Positions 1 through 8,694 of a stretch of 19,986 nt of DNA are shown here, piece by piece. The notes beneath the pieces are model-generated. The model was not told the DNA's origin. It ran no database searches and was given only the letters and a program-made list of their open reading frames with translations. The first letter of the stretch is position 1, and each line of letters opens with the position of its first letter. The DNA is taken from NCBI GenBank assembly GCA_043800755.1, contig JAZDMQ010000015.1, positions 1-19,986 of the forward strand, in the 5' to 3' direction. This DNA comes from a bacterium. GTDB lineage: Bacteria; Methylomirabilota; Methylomirabilia; CAVQYV01. A program made the translations under genes and the position numbers.

Positions 1-231
1 TGAGAGCGCTCGACTCCAGGCCCACGACCCTGCTGCGGGAGTACCCACCGCTGAGGTAGAGGCCCTGAAGGCCGAAGCTGAACAAGCCAAGGCAGCCTAT
101 GCGGCTGCTCAGGATGAGATCGCTCGACTCCAGGCCCAAGCCCCTGCTGAGGGAGTACCCACCGCTGAGGTAGAGGCCCTGAAGGCCGAAGCCGAACAAG
201 CCAAGGCAGCCTATGCGGCTGCTCAGGATGA
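1..231 (+). repeat. In-frame tandem repeat, 114-bp (38-aa) unit, 2 copies visible
   Basis: The unit starting tgaga(g/t)cgctcgactccaggccca occurs at 1 and 115, and similarity ends near 231. Only about 5 substitutions separate the copies. More copies may lie upstream of the window. Confidence 0.95.
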
Positions 232-916
232 AGCGGCCACCGCCAAGGCGGAATTGGAGAGAGAGCGGGCGGCTTGTGCCCAGGAAATAGGAAGGTTTGA
301 AGCGGAAAAGGTGATCATGGGGGCGGAAGCGGCAGAGGGAGTAGCAGCGGCCAAAGGAGCAAGGGCCTACGCACCAAATGATTATGGGAGAGGACAACAG
401 CTACTGGCACAGGCGAAAGATGCTCTCGCTGCCTCGGCCTTTCCTCAGTCTATTGAAACTGCCAGAGAGGCGACGCGACTCTTTAATATGGCCAGCGATG
501 CGTCAGGCAGGGCCCAAAGGGCCGAAACAGGGGCCTTAAAGACCGCCTGCGAGAGGGCCTTAGCTGAGGAAAGAACGAAATGCGCCCGGGAGAAGGAGCA
601 GGCCTTGGCTGAGGAAAAAGAGAATTGCGCCAAGAGATTGGCCGAGGCCCAAGTTCCCAAACCCGCTGTGGCTCCTGTGGCATCCAAGGTAGATTATCAT
701 AAGGTCAAGAAGGGAGAGTGTCTATGGGAGATCGCCGAAACGATCTATGGCGATCCCTTCCAGTGGCCTTTGATCTTCCGGGCCAATCGAGATAAGATTC
801 GAAATCCGGATCTGATTCATCCCAAGCAGCAGTTGAAGATCCCTCGGGATGTGACCCAGGAGGAGATTGACAGCGCGATCAAGGAGGCTTCGGAGAGGTC
901 ATGGCCCAAGAGGTAA
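2..916 (+). CDS. LysM peptidoglycan-binding domain protein with Ala/Glu-rich coiled-coil repeats (5'-truncated by the window edge)
   Basis: The frame of ORF 254..916 stays open back to position 2 (ESARLQAHDPAAGVPTAEVEALKAEAEQAKAAYAAAQDE...). The C-terminus is a typical LysM module (YHKVKKGECLWEIAETIYGDPFQWPLIFRANRDKIRNPDLIHPKQQLKIP). The middle helical segment (GARAYAPNDYGRGQQLLAQAKDAL) resembles DUF4398-type domains. Confidence 0.85.
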   Translation, partial: ESARLQAHDPAAGVPTAEVEALKAEAEQAKAAYAAAQDEIARLQAQAPAEGVPTAEVEALKAEAEQAKAAYAAAQDEAATAKAELERERAACAQEIGRFEAEKVIMGAEAAEGVAAAKGARAYAPNDYGRGQQLLAQAKDALAASAFPQSIETAREATRLFNMASDASGRAQRAETGALKTACERALAEERTKCAREKEQALAEEKENCAKRLAEAQVPKPAVAPVASKVDYHKVKKGECLWEIAETIYGDPFQWPLIFRANRDKIRNPDLIHPKQQLKIPRDVTQEEIDSAIKEASERSWPKR

Positions 917-981
917 AAGGGTCTGGCCACTCCCACAGCATACGGTTCATTCTTTTTCACCCTTCAAGACAGCAAACATGC

Positions 982-1025
982 AAAGGAGGAGGCTCTGGCT
1001 TGACTGCCGTGGGTCTCCTCCTTTT
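982..1025 (+). terminator. Stem-loop ending in a short T run (terminator-like or translational-control hairpin) between the LysM gene and phoH
   Basis: aaaggaggag (982-991) pairs perfectly with ctcctccttt (1015-1024). The stem extends inward with G-U pairs around a ttgact loop. Confidence 0.5.
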
Positions 1026-1030
1026 CGTCT

Positions 1031-2011
1031 ATGGAAAGACATAAGCAAAATAGGATCTCATTAGAGATCGGCACGGAAATTCAGGGCCTTTTTGGCATCA
1101 ACGATGAATACCTAAGGCTCATCGAGGACTCTCTCGGGGTCCAGTTGCTTCTCCGCAATGGAGTCTTGACCCTCGTTGGATCCTCCTCTGCCGTAGATAA
1201 GGCCAGCCAAGCCATATCCGACCTGACCTCCCTCCTTCAGGAAGGCAAGAGTCTCACCTCTGCCGACATCAAGGCCGCCCTCAGATTGTCGGAGGTTGGG
1301 GAGAAAGAAACCTTCCAAAAATTCTTCTCTGAGGTGATCGAGGTGTCGCCCAAGAAGAGGCCGGTTCGACCCAAAAGCCTTGGGCAGAAGAGATATATTG
1401 ATGCCATCCGACAGTATGATATGGTGCTGGGGATCGGGCCCGCCGGAACGGGAAAGACCTATCTCGCTATGGCGATGGCGGTTTCTTCCTTTCTGAAGAA
1501 GGAGATCAGCCGCATCATACTCACCCGCCCTGCAGTCGAGGCAGGGGAAAAATTGGGATTTCTTCCCGGAACCCTTTACGAAAAAATCAATCCATATCTC
1601 CGCCCCCTCTATGATGCCCTCTATGACATGATGGAATCGGAGCGGGTAAGTCGCCTGTTAGAGATGGGCACCATTGAAATCGCTCCTTTGGCCTTCATGC
1701 GGGGCCGAACTCTCAATGATTCCTTCATAGTACTGGATGAAGCCCAGAACACTACTTCTGAGCAGATGAAGATGTTTCTCACCAGGCTAGGCTTTAGTTC
1801 GAAGGCGGTGATCACGGGGGACATTACCCAGGTGGACCTACCTGCAGGCAAAGTTTCCGGGCTCATCGAGGTGCAATCCATTGTGAAGGAGGTGGAGGGC
1901 ATCAAATTCGTGTATCTTACTGAGGAAGATGTCATCCGGCACGAATTGGTGCAGCGGGTCATTCGAGCCTACGAATCCTACCAACAATCCTCTGGTGGGA
2001 ATCGCCATTGA
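1031..2011 (+). CDS. phoH: PhoH family ATPase (PhoH-like/YbeZ)
   Basis: Walker A GPAGTGKT plus the family motifs RIILTRPAVEAGEKLGFLPG, PYLRPLYDAL, IEIAPLAFMRGRTL, DEAQN and GDITQVDLP. It heads the usual phoH-HD-ybeY-dgkA-era-recO cluster. Confidence 0.97.
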   Translation: MERHKQNRISLEIGTEIQGLFGINDEYLRLIEDSLGVQLLLRNGVLTLVGSSSAVDKASQAISDLTSLLQEGKSLTSADIKAALRLSEVGEKETFQKFFSEVIEVSPKKRPVRPKSLGQKRYIDAIRQYDMVLGIGPAGTGKTYLAMAMAVSSFLKKEISRIILTRPAVEAGEKLGFLPGTLYEKINPYLRPLYDALYDMMESERVSRLLEMGTIEIAPLAFMRGRTLNDSFIVLDEAQNTTSEQMKMFLTRLGFSSKAVITGDITQVDLPAGKVSGLIEVQSIVKEVEGIKFVYLTEEDVIRHELVQRVIRAYESYQQSSGGNRH

Positions 2012-2031
2012 GCCTTTAGCAGGAAGGAATC

Positions 2032-3651
2032 ATGGTCACAGGAAGTCCAAGAATCCATTCCGCGGCGAACCGAGGGGAAGGGAAGCACCCCCGCGTTGGG
2101 GGGTCAGGACACGCAGCTTCACCTGAGAGGATCGAGCTTGCTCTTACCGGTCTCATCTTCCTCTTGGGAGGCGGCGTTCTTCTCCTCTCTCGTCCCACCC
2201 CAATGAGATTGACCCCCACCACGCTGCTGAGCCTTCTGGCGATCCCTGGCCTCATCATGGCCTTCTTTTATGGCTATGTTTCAAGGTGGCAGGACCAACG
2301 GATAAAGGACCCGAGGAATCTGCGAATCATGGCCATTCTATTTCTTTTCAATGCCCTCATATGCCGCATCTTCCTTATCCTGGCCAATACCATTCATGCC
2401 GGTTTCCCTTCCATTCCCCTCTCTTCCTTGGAGTATTCTATACCTGTGGCCCTCACCGGGGTTCTGTTGTCGGTTGTTTTCAATCCCCGCCTGGCCATTG
2501 CTGGCTCCATGGCAACCGCCATCCTCTGCAGCTTCTTTTCTACCCATCCCTTTAACTTCTTTCTCATCTCCTTTTCCAGCTCCCTGGTGGGGATCTTTGC
2601 TCTGGTGGAGCCAAAGGAGAGGGCCTCTTTCCTCAAGGCGGGGGGCCTGATCGGCGCCTCCAACATGGGGATTATCCTGATCCTGGCATTTCTCTCTCAG
2701 AGGGCGGCGTCTCTGCCCTACGATTTGCTTTGTGGTGCGTTGAACGGCCTCTTGGTTGGGATCCTTGCCCTGGGCCTCCTCCCCCCCCTGGAATACCTGT
2801 TTGGCATCACCACCAATTTCAAGCTACTGGAGATCTCCAATCTGCATCAAGATATTCTGAGACAGCTCATCCTGATCGCACCCGGGACCTACCATCACAG
2901 CATCGTCCTGGGCACGCTGGGAGAAGCGGCTGCGGAGGCCATAGGCGCCAATTCCCTCTTAATTCGCGTCAGCGCCTATTATCACGATATCGGCAAGATC
3001 AAGAAGCCTGACTATTTCATTGAGAACCAGATGGGGGCCTTCAATCGGCACGACAAGTTGGCGCCTTCGATGAGCAGCCTCATTCTTACTTCCCATGTTA
3101 AGGATGGAGTGGAGTTAGCGAGGGAGAGCAACTTGCCCCTTCCCATTATCGACATCATCAAACAACATCACGGGACTGCCCTCATCACTTTCTTCTATCG
3201 GAAAGCGAAGGAGGCCAACAACCGCAGGATGGCCGAAGTCCGCGAAGAGGACTACCGCTATGCGGGACCCAAGCCCCAGACCAAGGAAGCCGCTATCGTC
3301 ATGTTGGCGGATGCGGTGGAGGCTGCTTCCCGGACCCTCACCGATCCGGCGCCGGCGCGCATCCAGGGAATGGTGCAACGGATTATCAACAACATCTTCG
3401 GAGATGGACAGCTGGAGGACTGTGACCTCACCCTGAAAGATCTCCATCGGATCGCCAAGTCCTTCGTCCGAATCCTGACGGCCATCTTCCACCATCGGGT
3501 CCAGTATCCCGGATTCAACTTCGAAGATTGGAGCAAAAAGGGAGGAGGCAATGGAGATTTCGGTCAGAAATCAGCAAAGGAAGATAAAGATCGACTTAGG
3601 CCTCCTAAGAGAGATAACAGGGAGGACATTAGAAGACTTGGGACATCCTGA
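2032..3651 (+). CDS. 7TM membrane protein with HDIG phosphohydrolase domain (PgpH/YqfF-like)
   Basis: Multiple hydrophobic helices are followed by APGTYHHS, YYHDIGK, YFIENQ, HVKDG, QHHGT and GPKPQTKEAAIVMLADAVEAASR. The position between phoH and ybeY is conserved. Confidence 0.93.
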   Translation: MVTGSPRIHSAANRGEGKHPRVGGSGHAASPERIELALTGLIFLLGGGVLLLSRPTPMRLTPTTLLSLLAIPGLIMAFFYGYVSRWQDQRIKDPRNLRIMAILFLFNALICRIFLILANTIHAGFPSIPLSSLEYSIPVALTGVLLSVVFNPRLAIAGSMATAILCSFFSTHPFNFFLISFSSSLVGIFALVEPKERASFLKAGGLIGASNMGIILILAFLSQRAASLPYDLLCGALNGLLVGILALGLLPPLEYLFGITTNFKLLEISNLHQDILRQLILIAPGTYHHSIVLGTLGEAAAEAIGANSLLIRVSAYYHDIGKIKKPDYFIENQMGAFNRHDKLAPSMSSLILTSHVKDGVELARESNLPLPIIDIIKQHHGTALITFFYRKAKEANNRRMAEVREEDYRYAGPKPQTKEAAIVMLADAVEAASRTLTDPAPARIQGMVQRIINNIFGDGQLEDCDLTLKDLHRIAKSFVRILTAIFHHRVQYPGFNFEDWSKKGGGNGDFGQKSAKEDKDRLRPPKRDNREDIRRLGTS

Positions 3652-4039
3652 CGCCGAGTGCGGGGTGCTCGTGGTCAATGATAAGAGGATTGCCCACCTC
3701 AATGGCACCTTCCGGGGGATTACCGCCCCCACCGATGTCTTGGCCTTTGCCATGCAGGAAGGCCCCGGGGTCGAATGGGTCCCTCACCTGTTGGGCGATG
3801 TGGTGATCTCTGCGGAAAGAGCCCTCTCTCAGGCTCAAGAGAGGGGACACTCCTTGGCGAGCGAGCTTTGCTTCCTTCTGGTCCATGGCCTGCTGCACTT
3901 ACTGGGATGGGAGGATACCACCGAAGCAGGCCGGAGGAAGATGCTGAGGGCCCAAAAAAGGATCGTGAGGCATATCTTTCCGGATGGCGTGGATAACTGT
4001 CGGACCAGAGAGAGGCCCAAGGCCCACATTGCGAGATGA
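3551..4039 (+). CDS. ybeY: rRNA maturation endoribonuclease YbeY
   Basis: PTDVLAF, LLGDVVIS and the metal-binding HGLLHLLGW motif. SD ggaggagg lies just upstream. Confidence 0.95.
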   Translation: MEISVRNQQRKIKIDLGLLREITGRTLEDLGHPDAECGVLVVNDKRIAHLNGTFRGITAPTDVLAFAMQEGPGVEWVPHLLGDVVISAERALSQAQERGHSLASELCFLLVHGLLHLLGWEDTTEAGRRKMLRAQKRIVRHIFPDGVDNCRTRERPKAHIAR

Positions 4040-4737
4040 ATCCCCCTAAAGGTTGGCTGGAAAGGCTGAATTGTGCGATCGACGGGATCCTTCTGGCGAC
4101 CCGCACCCAAAAGAGTCTCCGTTTTCATTTCCTCGCCGCATTCTGCGTCCTGCTCCTCACCCTTTTGGTGAAGCTTCCCCGGACAGACCTGCTCATCCTC
4201 ATCTTTACCATCATCTTGGTGATTTGGGCAGAGCTTTTCAATACGGCCCTCGAATTGGTGGTGGACCTCCTGGCCGATCGATATCACCCGTTGGCCAAGT
4301 CGGCAAAGGATGTTGCGGCGGGAGGTGTGCTGATCGTTTCCTTCGGGGCAGCGGTGATCGCCTATTTCACCCTTTTTGCTCCCCTCAATCCTTCCTTGCG
4401 GCGTGTCCTCCTGCTTTTGAAGCATCCCCCGCAGCATCTGGCTTTTGTCTCCTTGGCACTGGTGATCGTCATGGTGATTGTCTTGAAGGCCTTGTGGGGG
4501 AAAGGAACCCCGCTGCACGGAGGTATGCCCAGTGGACATGCCGCTGTGGGGTTCGCGTTGAGCACCATCCTGACCTTCGTCACTGAGAGTCCCTTGGTGA
4601 TGGTTTTGGCCTTCGTTCTGGCATCACTGGTAAGCCAAAGCCGCTTGATTCATGGAATTCATACCCGCATGGAGGTTCTCTCCGGGGCCTTGTTGGGAAT
4701 TCTGGTGGTGGTAGCGATCTTTCAAACCTTCGGGTAG
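4036..4737 (+). CDS. dgkA: Diacylglycerol/undecaprenol kinase (DgkA family) fused to a C-terminal PAP2-like domain
   Basis: DgkA motifs ELFNTALELVVD and AKSAKDVAAGGVL, then PAP2 motifs PSGH and SRLIHGIH. ATGA overlap with ybeY. Confidence 0.9.
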   Translation: MNPPKGWLERLNCAIDGILLATRTQKSLRFHFLAAFCVLLLTLLVKLPRTDLLILIFTIILVIWAELFNTALELVVDLLADRYHPLAKSAKDVAAGGVLIVSFGAAVIAYFTLFAPLNPSLRRVLLLLKHPPQHLAFVSLALVIVMVIVLKALWGKGTPLHGGMPSGHAAVGFALSTILTFVTESPLVMVLAFVLASLVSQSRLIHGIHTRMEVLSGALLGILVVVAIFQTFG

Positions 4738-4750
4738 AGGCGGCGAGGCA

Positions 4751-5653
4751 ATGACGAGCAAGATCGGCAAATCGGGATTCATCGGCATTGTGGGAAGGCC
4801 CAATGTAGGCAAGTCCACCCTTCTCAATCGTCTGCTGGGAGAAAAGGTTTCCATTGTCTCCCCCAGGCCCCAGACGACCCGTTTCCGCATCTTGGGGATA
4901 AAAACCGTTCCCCAGGCCCAAATGGTTTTTATCGATACGCCCGGGGTGCACTCGGGTGGATCCCATTTCAGTCGAGGGCTTTCGAGAGTCGCGTTTCAGG
5001 CCTTATCAGAATCCGATCTAATACTTTGGATGGTCGAGCCCTCCGCGGATTTGGACGAGGATGACCGCTCTCTGCTGGAGGAGATCAAAAAGGCTGGACG
5101 GTCCACCTTTCTCCTCATCAACAAGGTCGACCTCCTCCCCAGACAGATGCTGCTCCCGCTCATTTCGCAGTTTTCCCTCCTGGCCTCCTTCGCAGAGATC
5201 GTGCCCGTTTCTGCCCTGAATGGGGAGAATCTTGATCGGCTGGAGGAGTTGATCATTCGGTATCTGCCTGAGGGTCCCCCTTTTTTCCCTGCGGAGCAGA
5301 TCACCGACCAGTCGGAGCGTCTCTTGTCTGCCGAGTTCATCCGGGAGAAGATCTTTCAGCAGACCCATCAGGAGATTCCTTACGCGGTGGCCGTTTCGGT
5401 CGATGAATTCCAGGAAGAGAAAGAGCAAGGGTTGGTGGTGATCCATGCCACCATCTTCGTGGAAAAAGAGTCCCAGAAGGGAATCCTTATCGGCAAAGGT
5501 GGGGCGACCCTAAAGCGAATTGGCGAGTCGGCCCGTCGAGAGATCGAAGCCTTGGTCGGTTGCAAGGTCTATCTTCGCCTCTGGGTCAAGGTAAAGAAGG
5601 CCTGGAGAAAGGATCAAGAGGCGCTCAAACAACTGGGTTACTGGTCGTCCTGA
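4751..5653 (+). CDS. era: GTPase Era
   Basis: GRPNVGKSTLLN, PQTTR, DTPG and NKVD, plus a KH domain with SQKGILIGKGG. Confidence 0.98.
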   Translation: MTSKIGKSGFIGIVGRPNVGKSTLLNRLLGEKVSIVSPRPQTTRFRILGIKTVPQAQMVFIDTPGVHSGGSHFSRGLSRVAFQALSESDLILWMVEPSADLDEDDRSLLEEIKKAGRSTFLLINKVDLLPRQMLLPLISQFSLLASFAEIVPVSALNGENLDRLEELIIRYLPEGPPFFPAEQITDQSERLLSAEFIREKIFQQTHQEIPYAVAVSVDEFQEEKEQGLVVIHATIFVEKESQKGILIGKGGATLKRIGESARREIEALVGCKVYLRLWVKVKKAWRKDQEALKQLGYWSS

Positions 5654-5682
5654 GCCCGCGGCTCGGGATCTGCGGAGGATTG

Positions 5683-6459
5683 ATGCCCCTGTATCGCACT
5701 GAAGCAATCGTCATGGGAGGCTGGAACTTGGGGGAAGCGGATCGCATTGTCTCCTTCTATACGCGAAGGATGGGACGCATCCGGGGGGTGGCAGCCGGAG
5801 TTCGGAGGGTACGGAGCAAATTTGGTGGGAGGCTTCAATTGTTCACCCACGGCACGCTGCTCTGTTTCGCCAAGGAGAATCGAGGCCTGTGCCGGATCAA
5901 TGAGTTTGAACCCCTTGATTCTTTTCAGGGGCTTCGTTCCGATTTAGGCAGGTTGAGCCATGCCTCGTACCTGGTGGAACTCACCTCTCTCCTGGTCTGG
6001 GAGGGGGAGATCTCGGAAGAGACCTTCCTCCTGCTCTTGCGCGCGCTTCGTCGGTTAGAGGCGGGAGTGGAGGTGTTTCATGCAGAGAGGGCCTTCGAGA
6101 TCGGTCTTCTCCTGATCGCCGGCTATCTACCGGAACTGGGGAGGTGCGTAAGATGCAAGAGGCCTCCTGCGAGAGATCAGGGGGCCTCCCTTGCTCCGGA
6201 AGAGGGGGGTATCCTGTGCCCGGACTGCCAAACGAAATTTCACCCTTCCCTTCCGCTCACTCCGCCCTCTCTGGTCTACCTGCAAGAAGCAAGAGGAGGG
6301 GACCTGGGGAAGCTTCTGGGGATTCCGCTCTCCTGGCAGGAGAGGACCGAGATCTCCAGTGCCATGCGGGCTTACTTTAACCACATCCTGCAAAAAAGAA
6401 TGCATACCCTCGATTTCATGGCGCAATTGGAAAAAGCGACCGGGGGTGAGATGGGCTGA
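5683..6459 (+). CDS. recO: DNA repair protein RecO
   Basis: MPLYRTEAIV...GEADRIV N-terminus and a CxxC...CxxC zinc finger (CVRC, CPDC), downstream of era. Start placed at ATG 5683 (SD ggagga at 5674-5679) rather than 5560. Confidence 0.93.
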   Translation: MPLYRTEAIVMGGWNLGEADRIVSFYTRRMGRIRGVAAGVRRVRSKFGGRLQLFTHGTLLCFAKENRGLCRINEFEPLDSFQGLRSDLGRLSHASYLVELTSLLVWEGEISEETFLLLLRALRRLEAGVEVFHAERAFEIGLLLIAGYLPELGRCVRCKRPPARDQGASLAPEEGGILCPDCQTKFHPSLPLTPPSLVYLQEARGGDLGKLLGIPLSWQERTEISSAMRAYFNHILQKRMHTLDFMAQLEKATGGEMG

Positions 6460-6471
6460 ATTGATTTTTCC

Positions 6472-6735
6472 CTATATAATGTAACTAGGATAAGGGCGGA
6501 GGCTTACATCCACAGTTTGGGAGTAACTGTGGCTAATGGTTCCGTAATATATCTTGTAGCCGGCAACATCCTCTCCTGGGCTTGAATCCCATTTCAGTTG
6601 TACCTCGGCGGCATGGGTGGCTGGAAGAGACAGGGGGGGTAATAGGGCGAGGAAGGCAAGCGCTATCAGACACAAGGTATATGGGTTGGAACACTTCTTC
6701 GAGCAGGAATGCTTTGAAAGATGAAGGGTTAGCAT
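6472..6735 (-). pseudogene. Truncated third paralogue of the secreted Fn3 protein (signal peptide plus about half an Fn3 domain)
   Basis: Signal peptide ending ATHA, then AEVQLKWDSSPGEDVAGYKIYYGTISHSYSQTVDV, homologous to the two upstream genes. It stops at a TAG before the YYF strand and has no CFI-box domain. Only 12 bp separate it from the recO stop. Confidence 0.7.
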
Positions 6736-6758
6736 AACGGCAGACCCTCCGTTTTATT

Positions 6759-7565
6759 TCATGGGCCATGGGGGATCCGGCACCGATAAGTCATGGGCGC
6801 AAAAGAAACGGCTGAAAAAGCAAATGCCAACAAGCAGAAGGACTTTGGATACTTGATTCCATAGACCAACGGGGTCAGCGCCCATCGGGTGACTTCCTTC
6901 AGCATCTCCTGCTGTCGAATGTAATTCGCAATGGGTGGCGATGTCCTGTAATACAAACCGACAAAGGCCCTCCCGAGTTTGTTCGTCAGGAGATGGGTGT
7001 CCCTGAATTGCCTCAGAATCTGGACCTCCGGGGCCAGGTAACTCCCATAAGCCACAGTGGCGATGAAACAGCCGCCGCCTGCACCCGCACCGCCATCGGA
7101 CGAAGAGGAGGAATTCTCCGCCGCAGGGGGCAAATTGGACGAACTATTAGATGAAGCGGATAAGTGGCCAGAAGAAGAAGACGTAGAACAGGGTACTACG
7201 ACTCCGGGCCCTGGAAAGGGATAGCGGACTTCATTCGAATAGTCACTCCAAATTCCCTTGGTGTTCTTCGCCTTGACTGCAAAGTAATAGGTTTTCTTTT
7301 CCTCAAGTCCTGAGATTACGCAACTGGTCGACAAACCCACATAGCAGTAGTACCAGTAAGACCCACTGACAGGACCGTAGAGTACGGTGTAAGACGCAAT
7401 ATCTGGTTCAGGGTTTCGATCCCATGCCAGTTGGACCTGGGCAGCCTGTATGTCTTGGAAAGAGCAGAATGGAACTAAAAGAGAAATTATTAGGACTGTG
7501 AGATGAAGATAATAACACGGCAACATCTTTGGCCGAAGATCGCCGCGAAGATTTGTCTTTAGCAT
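6759..7565 (-). CDS. Secreted Fn3 domain protein with Ser/Gly linker and CFI-box-CTERM domain (copy 2)
   Basis: Signal peptide ending DIQA; Fn3 domain [19 protein letters not shown]...[16 protein letters not shown]...SDYSNEV; Ser-rich linker; [27 protein letters not shown]...[13 protein letters not shown]; hydrophobic C-terminal tail. Confidence 0.88.
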   Translation of the reverse strand: MLKTNLRGDLRPKMLPCYYLHLTVLIISLLVPFCSFQDIQAAQVQLAWDRNPEPDIASYTVLYGPVSGSYWYYCYVGLSTSCVISGLEEKKTYYFAVKAKNTKGIWSDYSNEVRYPFPGPGVVVPCSTSSSSGHLSASSNSSSNLPPAAENSSSSSDGGAGAGGGCFIATVAYGSYLAPEVQILRQFRDTHLLTNKLGRAFVGLYYRTSPPIANYIRQQEMLKEVTRWALTPLVYGIKYPKSFCLLAFAFSAVSFAPMTYRCRIPHGP

Positions 7566-7600
7566 GCCGCCGATGCCCTCCTCTGAAACTATTGAGTGAT

Positions 7601-7720
7601 GAGAATTTCAGGCCTCGGGTAATGCTGACTTCCCCTGCCGGAATTACCACCCTGTTCCTTCCAAAACCTGTGCCGGTGGCGTTGCATCCCTCTCCGTCGC
7701 AGGGGTTAGTACTTTGCATG
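7601..7720 (-). promoter_or_regulatory. Diverged homologue of the c-di-GMP-I riboswitch leader (decayed or variant aptamer)
   Basis: 7601-7715 aligns without gaps to 8662-8776 (offset 1061; the start codons are offset by 1062). Hand count is 73/115 identities overall and 31/44 over 7672-7715. Confidence 0.6.
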
Positions 7721-7799
7721 CACCTTAATCCATCTCGCCTGCCAAAAGCAAGAAAAAATGTGAGATGCGAAATCATGATCTTCATTTGATGTAACGAAA

Positions 7800-8627
7800 T
7801 CATTCAGCCTCACCCCGGGAGATGATGGACACCAGAGCCCTGTCCCTGGAATTGATTTGGGAGAGCCTCATGTACAACAAGAAACCCAGCATCGAAAGCA
7901 ACAGCATCGAGAGCAAGGCCCCGGGATAGTTTACACCGTAGATCACCGGAGTCAGCGTCCAGCGGGCCATGGTCCTCAATATCTCGTGGTCATGGATGAA
8001 TCGGGCAACGGGGGGCGAGGTCCGGTAGTAGAACCTGACAAAGGCCCTGCCCGGGGCGTTGGTGAGCAGGCGGCTATCCCTGAATTCCCTCAAGGCCATC
8101 ACCTCTGGGGCCATGTAGCTTCCATAGGCGGCGGTGGCGATGAAGCAGCCCCCACCGGCACTGCCGCCTCCGCTGCCAGAGGATGAAGACGAATCTTCCC
8201 CTGAAACGGAGGACCCGGATAGATCCCCCGTGGAAGAGGATGCGACGATCTCCCCTGGGTTGTACTGGTTGGAGAAGGGATAGCGGATTTCAGTCGAATA
8301 GTCGCTGATGTCTCCGAGGGCATTGTATGCCTTTATCGCGAAGTAATAAGTGGTCTTGGGTTGAAGCCCCGAGATCGCGCAGCTGGTGACCGGGCCGACA
8401 TCCACATCGTAGGAATAGGATCCGCTGGTGGTGCCATAGTAAACCCTATAGCCGGCGATATCCGGCTCGGGATTGCGATCCCAGGCCAGCCTGGCCGTGG
8501 TCGCCTGGGCATCCCGGATGGAGATGGTGGCGGCGAAGAGAATGCTCGCCAGGACCAGGAGAGACCAGAGGATGAGGCGAGAAGGCCTCTTGGTGGTGCT
8601 ATCGCCATGGAAATATACCCCTAACAT
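7800..8627 (-). CDS. Secreted Fn3 domain protein with Ser/Gly linker and CFI-box-CTERM domain (copy 1)
   Basis: ATG at 8627 with AGGAGG 7 nt upstream. Signal peptide ending DAQA; Fn3 domain [25 protein letters not shown]...[18 protein letters not shown]...[33 protein letters not shown]...[14 protein letters not shown]-terminal TM helix. Confidence 0.9.
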   Translation of the reverse strand: MLGVYFHGDSTTKRPSRLILWSLLVLASILFAATISIRDAQATTARLAWDRNPEPDIAGYRVYYGTTSGSYSYDVDVGPVTSCAISGLQPKTTYYFAIKAYNALGDISDYSTEIRYPFSNQYNPGEIVASSSTGDLSGSSVSGEDSSSSSGSGGGSAGGGCFIATAAYGSYMAPEVMALREFRDSRLLTNAPGRAFVRFYYRTSPPVARFIHDHEILRTMARWTLTPVIYGVNYPGALLSMLLLSMLGFLLYMRLSQINSRDRALVSIISRGEAE

Positions 8628-8694
8628 GACAGAACCTCCTGCATTGAAATCCCTGTGCCACGCGAATTTCAACACTCAGGAGGTGCTGTCTTCG

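Noticed and set aside
1..231. CRISPR array
   Set aside because: The repeats are contiguous, in frame and coding, with no unique spacers.
4036..4737. DgkA-PAP2 fusion as a novelty
   Set aside because: This fusion is already well known in this gene cluster in other bacteria.
8646..8660. TGGCAC-N5-TTTC sigma54-like site (and CGGCAC-N5-TTGG near 7661-7675)
   Set aside because: The -12 GC is missing in both, and both lie inside transcribed leader sequence.
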